DNA from: Sphyrna mokarran
Taxonomy: Eukaryota
Direction of reading: 5' to 3'
Length of the DNA: 63,168 bases
Assembly: GCA_024679065.1 (NCBI GenBank)
Contig: JAGIQG010000173.1
Span: 1-63,168 of the forward strand
How positions within the stretch are numbered: the first letter of the stretch is position 1; each line of letters starts with the position of its first letter. Shown piece after piece: positions 38,177 through 49,199 of the stretch. The translations under genes were made by a program, and so were the position numbers. A model generated the notes under the pieces. It was not told the origin of the DNA. It saw only the letters and a list, made by a program, of their open reading frames with translations, and searched no databases.

Positions 38177-39451
38177 ATGGAAGAAAAAGGCATCGATCGC
38201 ATTGGGCAGAATCTGTACACGTGTTCTGTGCATGAATCATCTGACCTCACGAACCACAAGTGCAGTCACACTGAAGAGGAGCTGCTGAAATGTGGGGACT
38301 GTGAGGAAGGATTCCATTCCCCATCTGACCTGGAAATTCACCAGCGAGTTCACACTGGGGAGAGGCCGTTCACCTGCTCTGTGTGTGGGAAAGGATTCAC
38401 TCAGTCATTCAACCTCCTGAGACACCAGCAAGTCCACACCAGAGAGAGACCATTCACCTGCTCCAAATGTGGGAAGGGATTCACTCAGTCCTCCAATCTG
38501 CTGGTACATCAGAGAGTTCACACCGGGGAGAGGCCATTCACCTGCTCTCAGTGCGGGAAGGGATTCATTCACACAAGCAACCTGCTGTCACACCAGCAAG
38601 TTCACACTGACAAGAGACCTTTTAAATGTCCAGCATGTGGGAAGTGCTTTAAAAGTTCCAGGGAACTGACGCGCCATCAGCAGGTTCACACTGAGGAAAG
38701 ACCTTTTTACTGTTCAGAATGTGGAAAGAGCTATAAAAGTTCCTGGGAACTGATGTACCACCAACGTGTTCACACTGAGGAGAGACCGTTCAGGTGCTCT
38801 CACTGCGGGACTGGGTTCAGGCAATCATCTCAGCTCACTGTACACCAGAGAATTCACACTGGGAAAAGGCCATTCACCTGCGTGCAGTGTGGGAAGGGAT
38901 TTAGTCGGTCATCCCAACTCATGGTGCACCAGCGGGTTCACTCCGGAGAGAGACCTTTCAAGTGCCCAGACTGTGGGAATTACTATAAAAGTTCTGGAGA
39001 GCTGAAATCCCATCAGCATGTTCACACTGACGAGAGACCGTTCAGATGCTCTCACTGTGCAATTGGATTCAGGCAATCGTCCCACCTCACTGAACACCAG
39101 CGAATTCACACTGGGGAGAGACCGTTCACCTGCTCCAGTTGTGGGAAGGGATTCACTCAGTCCTCCCAACTCAGGGCTCACCAGCGGGTTCACACTGAGG
39201 AGAGACCTTTCACATGCCCAGACTGTGGGAAGTGCTACAAACGATCTGGAGACCTGAGGTCCCACCAACGTGTTCACACTGACGAGAGACCGTTCAGGTG
39301 TTCTCAATGTGGGACTGGGTTCAGTCGATCGTCGATACTAATTGAACACCAGCGAGTTCACACTGGGGAGAAACCATTCACCTGCTCCCAGTGCGGGAAG
39401 GGATTCACTCGGAAATCCAACCTGCTGACGCATCAGCGAGTTCATAAGTGA
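38177..39451 (+). CDS. ZNF-9: C2H2 zinc-finger protein, 14 intact fingers
   Basis: ATG 38177 MEEKGID..., open to stop at 39451; acceptor tttcacag near 38068. Confidence 0.9.
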   Translation: MEEKGIDRIGQNLYTCSVHESSDLTNHKCSHTEEELLKCGDCEEGFHSPSDLEIHQRVHTGERPFTCSVCGKGFTQSFNLLRHQQVHTRERPFTCSKCGKGFTQSSNLLVHQRVHTGERPFTCSQCGKGFIHTSNLLSHQQVHTDKRPFKCPACGKCFKSSRELTRHQQVHTEERPFYCSECGKSYKSSWELMYHQRVHTEERPFRCSHCGTGFRQSSQLTVHQRIHTGKRPFTCVQCGKGFSRSSQLMVHQRVHSGERPFKCPDCGNYYKSSGELKSHQHVHTDERPFRCSHCAIGFRQSSHLTEHQRIHTGERPFTCSSCGKGFTQSSQLRAHQRVHTEERPFTCPDCGKCYKRSGDLRSHQRVHTDERPFRCSQCGTGFSRSSILIEHQRVHTGEKPFTCSQCGKGFTRKSNLLTHQRVHK

Positions 39452-40879
39452 AGATAGAACTTAGACTTTGCTGTAATCAGACCCAGGACTGAACAACATT
39501 CATTGGGATCCTGTTCTGCTGGTGTTCATAAACTGCAGCTCTGTAATAGGTGTTAATGTTCCGGATAAAATTAAACCATATCAGTTTTGCGTCAAACAAA
39601 ATGTGGCAAATGTTTTTAATATTTCTTAACACAAGTTAGTTGCTTTTGAAGTGAGCTTCCTCTAGTTAAGAAACAACATTTACGTTAGGAACTTGTTTCC
39701 TTTTTTTTACACAGCTTGAATAGATATGATCCCATTTTTTAAGAGCAATATGCAATGGGAGAGTTTGGGAAGTCCCTTCAGCCCTCGTCATTTAACTATC
39801 AAGTTGATTTGGACTAAATGCATCATCTGTAAGGTTGTATTTGTATTATATTCATAGCCCATTCACCAAGTCACAGCTCATACTGAGCCAAAGGATCTAC
39901 CATTTTACAGCCATAGAGGTGTCACACCATGCCAAATAGATGAACATTTATCACAGGTTTTCCACAAAGTGAGGTGAGGGAATGAAGCTGATATAATTTT
40001 AAAGTAGTTTATGAAGAGGCAGCAGTTTAATTATCATGTGTAAATAAAATAGATCAACAGAAATATGAGCTGTGAAAGGTGAACAGAGAATATTACAGCA
40101 CAGGAACAGGCCTTTGGCCCACTTAGCCTGTGCTGACAAATGATGCCTTCCTGAACTAAAGATCTTTTGCCTTGAAGCGGTCCATGTCCCTCTATTCCCC
40201 GCCTGTTCATGAATCTGTCAAAATGCCTCTTAAACATGCTTCTTCTACCACCTCTGGTAGCACATTCCAGGCATTTACCATCCTCTGTGTAAATCTCCAA
40301 AAATCTTGATTTTTAATGATTTGGTTAATTGTCTCAGATAGAGATAGAATGAGACAATTCAATGCATCCCTCCTATCTGATCCTGGGCAAGCTTTCTATT
40401 CATTGTGTAACCTTTCAGTTCCAAATAAGTTTAACCCAGGCCACAATGGACTCGTTGTTAATCATCTCATCAGGTCATACATTTCTTCTTATGGAAATTG
40501 CAGTATGCAATTATATAGAATTATAAGAATAAACCAGTCTTTTAATATAACTATTATTGTTGGGGTTACAAGGATAAGGTTATGGGGATCGTGCATAGGT
40601 GGGATTGCTGTCAGTGCAGACTCAATGGGCTGAATGGCATTTTTCTGCACTGTAGAGACTCTATAATTCTATTCTATGAAGTAAGTTAACAAGATCAATG
40701 AAGACATTTTGAAACTACATTTAACTGAAAAACTATTAATGGATCATTAAATTTTCAATGATAATTAACTGAAGCTCACTTTTTTTTGATAATTTCTGAC
40801 CGATGACTAATTAATATAGTTCACTGATTAATACAAATGGTTAATCATTGGACACAAAATGCTGTTTTCAGGATCATTG

Positions 40880-41175
40880 AATTCTTGCAGTGAAAAGGAG
40901 GCCATGGTCCATTGAGCCTGCACTGACAACAATCACACCTGTGCCCTTTCCCTGTAACTCCACATATTTACTCTGCTAATCTGCCTGACACTAAGGAGCA
41001 AATTACCATGGCCAATCAACCTAACCCGCACATATTGGGCTGTGGGAGGAAACCGGAAACCCACATTGGCACAGGGAGAATGTGCAAACTACATAGATGG
41101 TCGCGCAAGATGAGAATTAAACATAGATCCTTGGCATTATGAGGCAGTAATGATAACCAATGTGCTACTGTATCA
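40880..41175 (-). mobile_element. V-SINE
   Basis: gtgggaggaaaccggaaacccac...cagggagaatgtgcaaact domain. Confidence 0.7.
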
Positions 41176-41364
41176 CCCCAAAAGTAAAGTTTACTTAAAG
41201 AAACATAAAATATAACTTGTCTGAATATGAACAATTCTGAAACTTACTACCTAGTCACACTAGATGTCTGTAAGGATCTTCCCATGCATTCTTCGACATC
41301 TTTGGCAGTGGCCAGTGATCAGGGATGATCAGGGTTGCATCCCTGATTGGAACTAGGGATGGGC

Positions 41365-41890
41365 AATCAGGGTACAGGGAAAGGGCCTGGGTAAAGGTGC
41401 TCTGTTGATTAGTGGGGTCAGTATGTCAGGGTACCGGGTTAGGGCCTGGAGAATAGTACTGTATTAATTAATGGGGTCTCTATGTCAAAATACAGGGATA
41501 CAGCCTGGGTAAAGGTACCTTCCTGATTAGTGGGGTCAGTATGTCAGGGTACCGGGTTAGGACCTGAGGAATGGAACTGTATTAGTTAATGAGGTCTCTA
41601 AGTCAAGATACAGGGATACAACCTGGGTAAAGTTACTCTCCTGATTAGTGAGGTCAGTATGTGAAGGCAGATGAATGGGACCGGGGCAAAGGTGCTCTGA
41701 TTCGTGGGGTCAGTATTTTAGGGTCAGGGATAGGGCCCGGGGAAAGGTGCTCTGTTGATTTGTGGGATCAGCATATCACTGTACAGGGGTAGTGTCTGGG
41801 TAAATGTTGTCTGTTATTTAGTGGGGTCAGTATGTCAGGGTACAGGGCAAAGGCCCTGGGTAAGGGTGCTCTGCGGATCAGTGGGGTCAG
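41365..41890. repeat. About 59-bp tandem repeat, about 9 copies, partly dimeric
   Basis: Unit like tcagggtacagggatagggcctgggtaaaggtgctctgttgattagtggggtcagtatg; alternating A/B variants over 41410-41660. Confidence 0.85.
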
Positions 41891-41981
41891 CTGCCTGATG
41901 AAGACGAAAGTCGAAAGCTTGCAGATTTACTATCAAATAAATCGGTTGGATTTAAAATTGGTGTTGCCAGACTGTTACTGA
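41891..41981 (+). mobile_element. Solo Penelope terminal fragment beginning with an intact hammerhead motif (41891-41924)
   Basis: cugc-CUGAUGA-a-GAC(gaaa)GUC-GAAA-GCUU-gcag followed by atttactatcaaataaatcggttggatttaaaattggtgttgc. Confidence 0.8.
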
Positions 41982-42826
41982 ATTTATTTTCCCACCCATT
42001 TTTATATCAGTAAATAGTCACTCTCTGCAGAAGGCGACAGTGATGTTTGGTAAATGATCAGAGAGCGCCCTCCTGTGGACAATACAATTATATTGGGAAC
42101 AGACGCGGAAACAAGAGCCCAGATATGTACAGACTGAGAAATATAAAGACTCAGAAATATCTATACAGCTACAACATGGACACGAGGAAATATCCGCTCC
42201 ACATCCACGCTGTAATACCCCTTATCGTTTTAAAGGTTTCAATGCAGTTATCTCTGAATCTTCGAAACTCAAGTGAATACAAACCCAACATCAATATTCT
42301 TTCCGCTGATACAGATAACCTACAAGTCCCTGGGTGCTATTATAGCAATCATTCTTTGAACGTTTTTTAACGCATTACTATCTTTCTTTAGATAAGGAGA
42401 TAAATATTGTACACAATACTCCAGGTGTGGACTCAGCAATGCCTTTTTCAATGGAAACACATCCTTCCTATTTTATAATAGGCTCCCTCGTCGTAAATGA
42501 TAAAATTTTATGACGTTTTCAATTACTATTCCTGCACCTTAGCCCCTTTCTATTCGTGCCCTAGGACAGCCTAATCTCTCTGTACCTCCGAATTTTGTAA
42601 CCTTTCACCGTTTAAATATGAAGCGTATTTTATATTCATCCTGCCAAAATGGACATTTTCACATTTGACCGCATTACAGTCAATTTGACGGGGCGTTGCC
42701 CATTTATTTAACCATTTATGTCCCTTTATCGTATCCTCACATGCACTTCATTTATTTTTCTACCCATCTTTGTGTTATCCGCAGATTTTGCATCTGTATC
42801 TGCTCTGTACATTTTACATGTATTTT

Positions 42827-43050
42827 AACAATGAATCAAGTTCTCCTTGATTACTGCTCTGTAATATGTCTCTCTGTAATCTAACAACTAATCCAGTTCT
42901 CCTCGATTACTCCTCTGTAACATATCATTGTGTATTCCAACAATTAAAGCAGTTCTTCTACATTACTGGTGTCTATCATTTCACTCTGTAATTGAATAAT
43001 TCATTCTGTTCTCTTGGATTATGGCTCCCCAACATATCCATGTGTTATGG
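42827..43050. repeat. Diverged 56-bp tandem repeat, 4 copies
   Basis: Units start at 42827, 42883, 42939, 42995 (aacaa...gttctcct.gattact.ctctgtaa). Confidence 0.75.
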
Positions 43051-43052
43051 AG

Positions 43053-43080
43053 CACACGCCTGCTAGTGAGCACAAAAACA
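43053..43080 (+). other. Orphan 12-spacer RSS-like motif
   Basis: cacacgc (43053-59), 12-bp spacer ctgctagtgagc, acaaaaaca (43072-80). Confidence 0.4.
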
Positions 43081-43090
43081 CGGTGAGGGA

Positions 43091-43104
43091 TCGCCCTCTG
43101 GTGG
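43091..43104 (-). promoter_or_regulatory. CTCF-binding motif
   Basis: Reverse complement ccaccagagggcga closely matches the CTCF core; upstream ggcaatttacc resembles the CTCF upstream module. Confidence 0.65.
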
Positions 43105-43973
43105 TGATGTGTGGTAAATTGCCTCTTCTGGGAAGATCAGTGAATTCTCAGATTACTGAAGGATCTTGTTGCAGAATTTTGTTGCTGTATTTTTTCTTGT
43201 TCTCATGATTTTTATTACAATATACTTAAATTTAGGAGGATCGATGCTCGGAGCTAATAAGAACTTCAATCTGAATCCTCATCAATTGATTGCTTTAGCT
43301 GTTTTGAATGTTTCAGGCCTTTCTGTTAAACTATATTCGTGTTACAAAATTTGAAATCAGAGCAATACTGATAAGATTAGAATTCTTAATATAGGTCTCT
43401 CACACATCAGAAGGACGTAAATTTGACTCCAATCTCACATTTATCTTAAAGATTGTCGGATTTTAATGTATTTGCTTCAATTTTAAAATATCCTCAGTGT
43501 TGTCATTATGATATTTTGGCTAACATATCAGCTGTCCTCTAATGGGCCTTGGGAATTTATTGAAATGGGAGGCTGAGAGAAATTGCATATTCTAAATTCT
43601 GCACGTTCCTGGAAAACGGTTGAGGGAGACAGAAGCTTTGAGACATAGAGAGAAGAGACAGGCACTCGTCGCCAAAATATTGAGAGTGCAGGATGGACAT
43701 GGAGGCGAACAGAGAACCAGAGGCGCAAGGAATACAAGCAGAGGCAGACGGAGAAACTGTCAGATAAAGTCATTGGGCTGCAACCAATGTTATTCGGTGA
43801 TCAATTCTTGACAACACTGCGCAACAAGCCAATCCGGTCACTGGGTAACGCCTTTTAGTCTCCCAATAAACGAGGACCGCCCATGATATAAAATTACTTC
43901 TTCACATCAGAGTACAAGAGCTGACAGAATTTTACAATTCTGCTGATTTTTGTGGAATTCTTAAACAGGAAAC

Positions 43974-44382
43974 ATGTTCTTCCAATTTTCTTTACTAATA
44001 TTGTTGGTCTTCCTGTCCAGTAAGTTTAAGTTTATATTTTTGCTGTTTGTTCTCAGCGTTCTCCATCAGACATTTAAGAGATTCTGTTATTTGTTGCAGG
44101 AACCAATGGCAAAGATGAAGTGTTCCAAGATCCCCCTGAACTAACGGTTAAAGAAGGACAGACCGTAACATTGTCCTGCAATTACTCGACAGCTGTTATT
44201 CCGACTCTGCTCTGGTACATTCAGTCTCACGGGGAAGCTCCGAATTATTTATTGACAGTAGGCACTAAAGATTCTCCGGATAGATTTTCTGCCGTTTCGC
44301 ACAAAGGAAACAAAACGGTCCTTTTAACTATCGCCGGAACGCTTCTCTCTGACAGCGCCGTGTATTTCTGTGCCATGAAGCC
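43974..44382 (+). CDS. TRAV: TCR alpha/delta-type V segment V1 (leader 43974-44019, V exon 44100-44382)
   Basis: 46-bp leader MFFQFSLLILLVFLS, gtaagt/tgcag phase-1 intron, TLSC..WYIQ..DSAVYFCAMKP; RSS cacactg-24-acaaaaacc at 44383-44422. Confidence 0.9.
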
Positions 44383-44994
44383 CACACTGGTGCAGAGATA
44401 TGGCGAACCCCGGACAAAAACCCCAGTCTGGGAGTTCCAGTTAGTGATCAGCAGAGGGCGCGCCCCACTGATAAACAGAAGCAATTCCTGTGAGAGTTCA
44501 GGCCGTTACTAAAATAACACAACATTCAACATGAAGGGCCGTGCTGTGTTGCTCTTTGCTCTTTGTTCTTTGTTGTTATGAATAGGTGAGCAGCAACAGA
44601 GAAATTGTATTAGGTACGTTGTAACTATCGTGTATAGTACGTGTACGTGTATACTGCAAAATAATTTCGCACATCAATTTATTATGCCCTCACTCACGTT
44701 TTGTATTTTCATGATATTTTCCGGTCTATTTGAATTAATGAGCAAAACATTCTCAATCTCTACTCTCTGAGTCCCATTTATCACAACCGGTGCATAGTTT
44801 CTATATGATTAGAACATGTTGTTTGTTGAGATACAGTTTGTAGAAAACGAATACATTTCCCAATTTGTTGATTACACTCCTTAGTTAAATCGATGATTAT
44901 TTTCCTTTCGACTGAGTGTTTTCTGACAGAATTGACAGCCCCGTGTTTTCGACTTAAAATAACCAGGCTGTAACCATAATCCCAAATGACGAAA

Positions 44995-45720
44995 GGCCGG
45001 GGTAAGGCCTCTCGAGTCTGCTCTCTCATTCAATGGAATCATGGATGTCCCAATATTCCTCACGTAGACTTTACTGCTCTTTCCCCATAACTCTTGATTC
45101 GCTCACTGATCAAAAATCTATTTATCTCATCCTTAAATATAAACAATGACTTTACCTTCACGGTTCTCTGCAACAATGAGTTCCAAAGATTTACAATCCT
45201 CCGTATGAAGAAATTGTTCCTCATCTCAGTTTTCAGTTGGCGCCCATTTGTTCTGAGACTTTGTCCTCTGGTTCTAAACTCTTCCATTAGGGAAAATATC
45301 TTCTCAGCATTTAGCTTGTCAAGTTCCTCAGTAATCCTATATATTTCAGTTAAATCACCTCTCACTCTCTAAATGGCAATGGGTAGAGTGCAATCCTGTT
45401 TAACCTTTTCTCATAAATCAATCCTTCCACAACGGGGATCATCCTCGTTAACTTTCTCTGAGCTACCTCCAATGAAATAATATATCTCCTTAAATAAGAG
45501 GCCCAAAACTGGTTACGGTATTCCACATGTGTTCTCATCAGTATCATGAATGGGCTGTCATATGAGAAGCGGTTTAGTAACTTGGGCTCATACTCGCTGG
45601 AGTACAGAAGAATGAGGGGGATTTGATTGAGGCATATAGAACACTCAATTAGATTGGTAAAGGCAATGTTAACCAAGTGTTCCCCTTTCTAGAACAGCCT
45701 AGGACAAGAGGTCATTGTTG
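44995..45720. mobile_element. CR1 fragments in both orientations
   Basis: RGDLTEIYRI..RIVNLWNSL and LEVAQRKLTRMIP..YEKRLNR motifs (minus); short plus-strand piece about 45550-45720. Confidence 0.7.
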
Positions 45721-46486
45721 TAGATAACGGAATTGTTGGAATCAGTCTTGGTTCCAAAAGTGGAACAGATTTTAATGTTGTATATTGTATTGCTTTTGTC
45801 TGCAGGAGAGAGCAGATGGATTAAGTTCATTATCGGACGCATTTCTTCATTGAGGAATATTTGATTGAAGGAACAAATGCGGAAGCAGAAACATCATTTT
45901 AACACCGATATCAAACTTATTAATATTTTAAAGATATTCTTATATGTTTTCAATGTTGCCAGTACTGTTATGTTACAAATATTCGATAAATGGATCAGTT
46001 CGTGTTCAACAATTTGAAATTATGGAACGTTATTTTAGACTAACATCTTCTTGGCACACCGCAATTGGCCACAGTGGAATAAAACTTCAGCAAGAATGAA
46101 AGAGTAAATGCACTGCAATCGTTGGAAAGTAGAATAAAAGAGAATTGCAAGCTCTCCCGCAATAAAAGACCTATAACCGGAAGAAGGGAACAGCTGTTCT
46201 CATTTGTAATTATTTGGTGAAAGGCAACTTGTCGAGGTCCAAGTGAAGAATTACACCCTGCATTTACCAGCATACACCAGCAGAGAGCAGTGTGAGGGGT
46301 GAGGAATATTTAAGATGAGCGGGTCAGGTGGGTGCTCAGAGGTTGTGTGAGCTGGTGTCAGTGTGGGGGGTTAAAGGAGAACCCGCCTATTGTCAGTTCA
46401 ACCTAAACACTGAACTGAACTGAACCCGAATAAAGTATTTGGCTCCCGGTTAATTCTCATCTTCAGGTTTTGCGCGATAATTGAGA

Positions 46487-46819
46487 ATGTTCTGGATTTG
46501 CATCGACTTTCTCCTATTTTTATCTCTAACCCGTACGGGGGTGACCGGAGAAGCTGAAGTGATGCAATTCCCTCCGCGGATGGTTGTCAGTGAAGCGCGA
46601 AACGTATCCCATAACTGCACCATCTCCATTGCTTTTAGCATCCTGCGTTGGTACAGACAGCTCCCGGATCAGTCACCCCAGCATCTGGTGATGGCCACAA
46701 GAGGAACCGATCAACCCGGGAGGATCACTGCCTCAATCGCTGAAGGCAACAAACTCAGCGTCCTGACTGTGAGAGACGTACAGGTTTCAGACACTGCGAC
46801 CTATCTCTGCGCTGTGAGG
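46487..46819 (+). CDS. TRAV: TCR alpha/delta-type V segment V2, leader and V in one exon
   Basis: MFWICIDFLLFLSLTRTGVTG runs in frame into EAEVMQ..HNC..WYRQ..DTATYLCAVR; consensus RSS cacagtg-23-acaaaaacc at 46820-46858. Confidence 0.85.
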
Positions 46820-47489
46820 CACAGTGTGTTAAACACAGGGAGGTCCCGGACAAAAACCCTGCACTGTCTCCAAAACCCGCTCCACCGTGCCTGGAGCATC
46901 AGCATTTTAAAAAGCGCGGTATTAAATTCCAATGGTAAAGGGAATGAGAGCAAAATATTTCTTAAATTTAAAAAAAATTTAAAAAGGTTAAAATGAAGAG
47001 CGTTGGAAATGTATTCAAAGAAAATGGAAGAGATTGCATGGAAATCAGAATGAGCGAAATTCAAAACGAAAAGGCGCTTTGGTTTATTAATTTATAAAGC
47101 ACAAAATTTAGGAAACAATGCAAAGAGAAGGACAAAGTCAAAACCAGCGAATGTGTTGTGACTTTTTGGCAGGATGAAACACACGGAGCTTATTAACTAA
47201 ACGGTGAGAGATTGCAGAGTTCCTAGATTCAGAGGGATTGCGTGTCCTAGTGTGTGAATCTCAAGTAATCGTACACAGGTACAGAAAGTAATGAGAATAT
47301 TGTTGTCCAGCTCACTTACTGAATGTCTGGTTTGTAACACCAAAGAGACACTTACATTACAAATTCGCCCCTGTACCGTTGAACATAGAACATTACAGCG
47401 CAGTACAGGCCTTTCGGCCCTCGAAGCTGCGACCACCAGTGGAACCAATCTAATGACTGGTGTTGAGGTGTTCTATGAAACCAAAAGAG

Positions 47490-47578
47490 AAAATGCTGGA
47501 AAATCGCAACAGGTCGGGCAGCATCTGTAAGGAGAGAAAAGAGCTGACGTTTCGAGTCCATATGACACTTTGTCAAAG
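47490..47578 (-). mobile_element. Penelope-like terminal remnant with U3-A8 hammerhead variant
   Basis: Minus strand cu-UUGACAA-a-GUGUC(auaug)GACUC-GAAA-CGUC-ag (47544-47578). Confidence 0.55.
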
Positions 47579-47796
47579 GTCCTTCATCAAGTCGCGTTAT
47601 CTCAACCTTGACCCCCTCGCCTGAGATTTGGTGTGATCTTCAAGTTAAATCACCACCAGCCCCTGGACATCTCGGCGATGGTGACTTTACCTTTATTGTT
47701 ACTATCTATCGGTGTGAAAGCGCCCTCTGCTGAGCACTAACTGGAACACTTACTGCGGGGTTTTTGTATGGGACTCGCCGTATCTGTAACACTGTG

Positions 47797-48413
47797 GACT
47801 CCAGGCGCAGAAATAGACCGCACTGTCAGTCATCAGCGTGTTCCCGATCATTAGCTCGGTAATCTTAGCAGTTTTATTAAATGTCGCTGAAAGGCGGTCG
47901 CTGATGTCGGTGTGTTTGAACAGCTTCGCTCCAACAATGTAAAGCATGTACTGTGGAGGCTTCCCGGGACTCTGACTGTACCAGTACACACCAGGGTTAG
48001 AAATGCTTGCCTTCAAGTTGCAGTTTAATGTGACATTACTTCCCTCCTCCACTGTTATTTCAACAACCGGCTTCTCCTGTGTGTCTTGGTGACTCCATTC
48101 TAATATAAAATAATAGAAAAAGTTAAAAAAATCAGTCAGCACCGATTTTAAACAAAATCGTCATTAAAACGATCACTATTATTGGTCAAAAATAACATCT
48201 GGCTTTATAGGAAAGGAAATACATTAACATATCGAAGGTAGGAGCAGGAGGAGGCCATTCGGCATTTGGAGACTGTCCTGCCATTCATGGTGATCATGGT
48301 TGATCACACAACTCGATCCGCTTTGCCCCATATCATTTGATCCCCTTCGCCCCCAAGAGCTACTTACTGAGAAGTGAGATAAAGATGAGAATCGGACTGA
48401 GATAGTTCACCAT
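47797..48413 (-). CDS. TRAV: TCR alpha/delta-type V segment V3 (leader 48413-48368, V exon 48099-47797)
   Basis: Leader MVNYLSPILIFISLL, phase-1 intron, TLNC..YWYSQ..DSAVYFCAWSP; RSS cacagtg-22-acaaaaacc at 47796-47759. Confidence 0.9.
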
Positions 48414-49199
48414 GATGCTTCCTGAGTCTGTAACGCGGCAGTGAGAGAAATCCTCTGTCAGAGACAGAAATACAGATGCCCGTCCCACTGCACTGCTGAT
48501 CCAATCAAGGAGAGGAATGGAGCAGCGACAGCAATCCGTCCAATCACCCAATCGGGACAGAATGAGGGCAGCAAACGGAAGCAGTGGGCGGGGATACGGC
48601 AGACTTATTATTGGATGAAGTTGCGGTGGCTCTTAGCTGCACTCGGAGCTGATGGAGCGGAAATAGTGACGGTTGAATCTACAAAAGTGTCTGACCATCC
48701 TGCACCTGTTCATTGTTCAGGTGTCTAACAATAAGTAGAGCGGCAGGGACACTAAGCAACTAGAATTATAGAATCTCGGAGCGCCAAATGAAGCCATTCC
48801 CTCCTATCTGTGCCTCTTTGAAATAGTTCTCCAAGTCTCCTTTCATCCCTACATTTTTTGCACATACAGGGTTTTTTGTTCAAGATAAATATCATTTCTT
48901 TCTAAATATTTTTGCTTAATATTCTGGGCAATTATAGTCAGTGGGGTTTCCAGCTTTGAAGAACAGGCAGTGCAACAAGTGACCATGATCATTCTATTAC
49001 TGTGTACAGTTTTGGCCTCCTTACTTGAGAAAGGACATACTGACACTGGAGGGAGTGCAGAGCAGATTCACTAAGTTGATTGAAAAGCGGAAAAAAGGGC
49101 TATGGGGATAAGGTAGGGAAGTGGAGTTAGGATGATATGGAGCGAAATTATGAACACTGAGAATGGCGGAGCAGTCTCGAAGGGCTGAATTGATTTGAT

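Noticed and set aside
6312-39307. Alternate-frame and antisense ORFs over finger arrays
   Set aside because: Expected by-products of 84-bp repeat periodicity.
42985-43052. Possible minus-strand J segment after the orphan 12-RSS (LHNTWICWGAIIQ)
   Set aside because: Lacks the F/W-G-x-G motif and a good splice donor, and the sequence is the last unit of the 56-bp tandem repeat.
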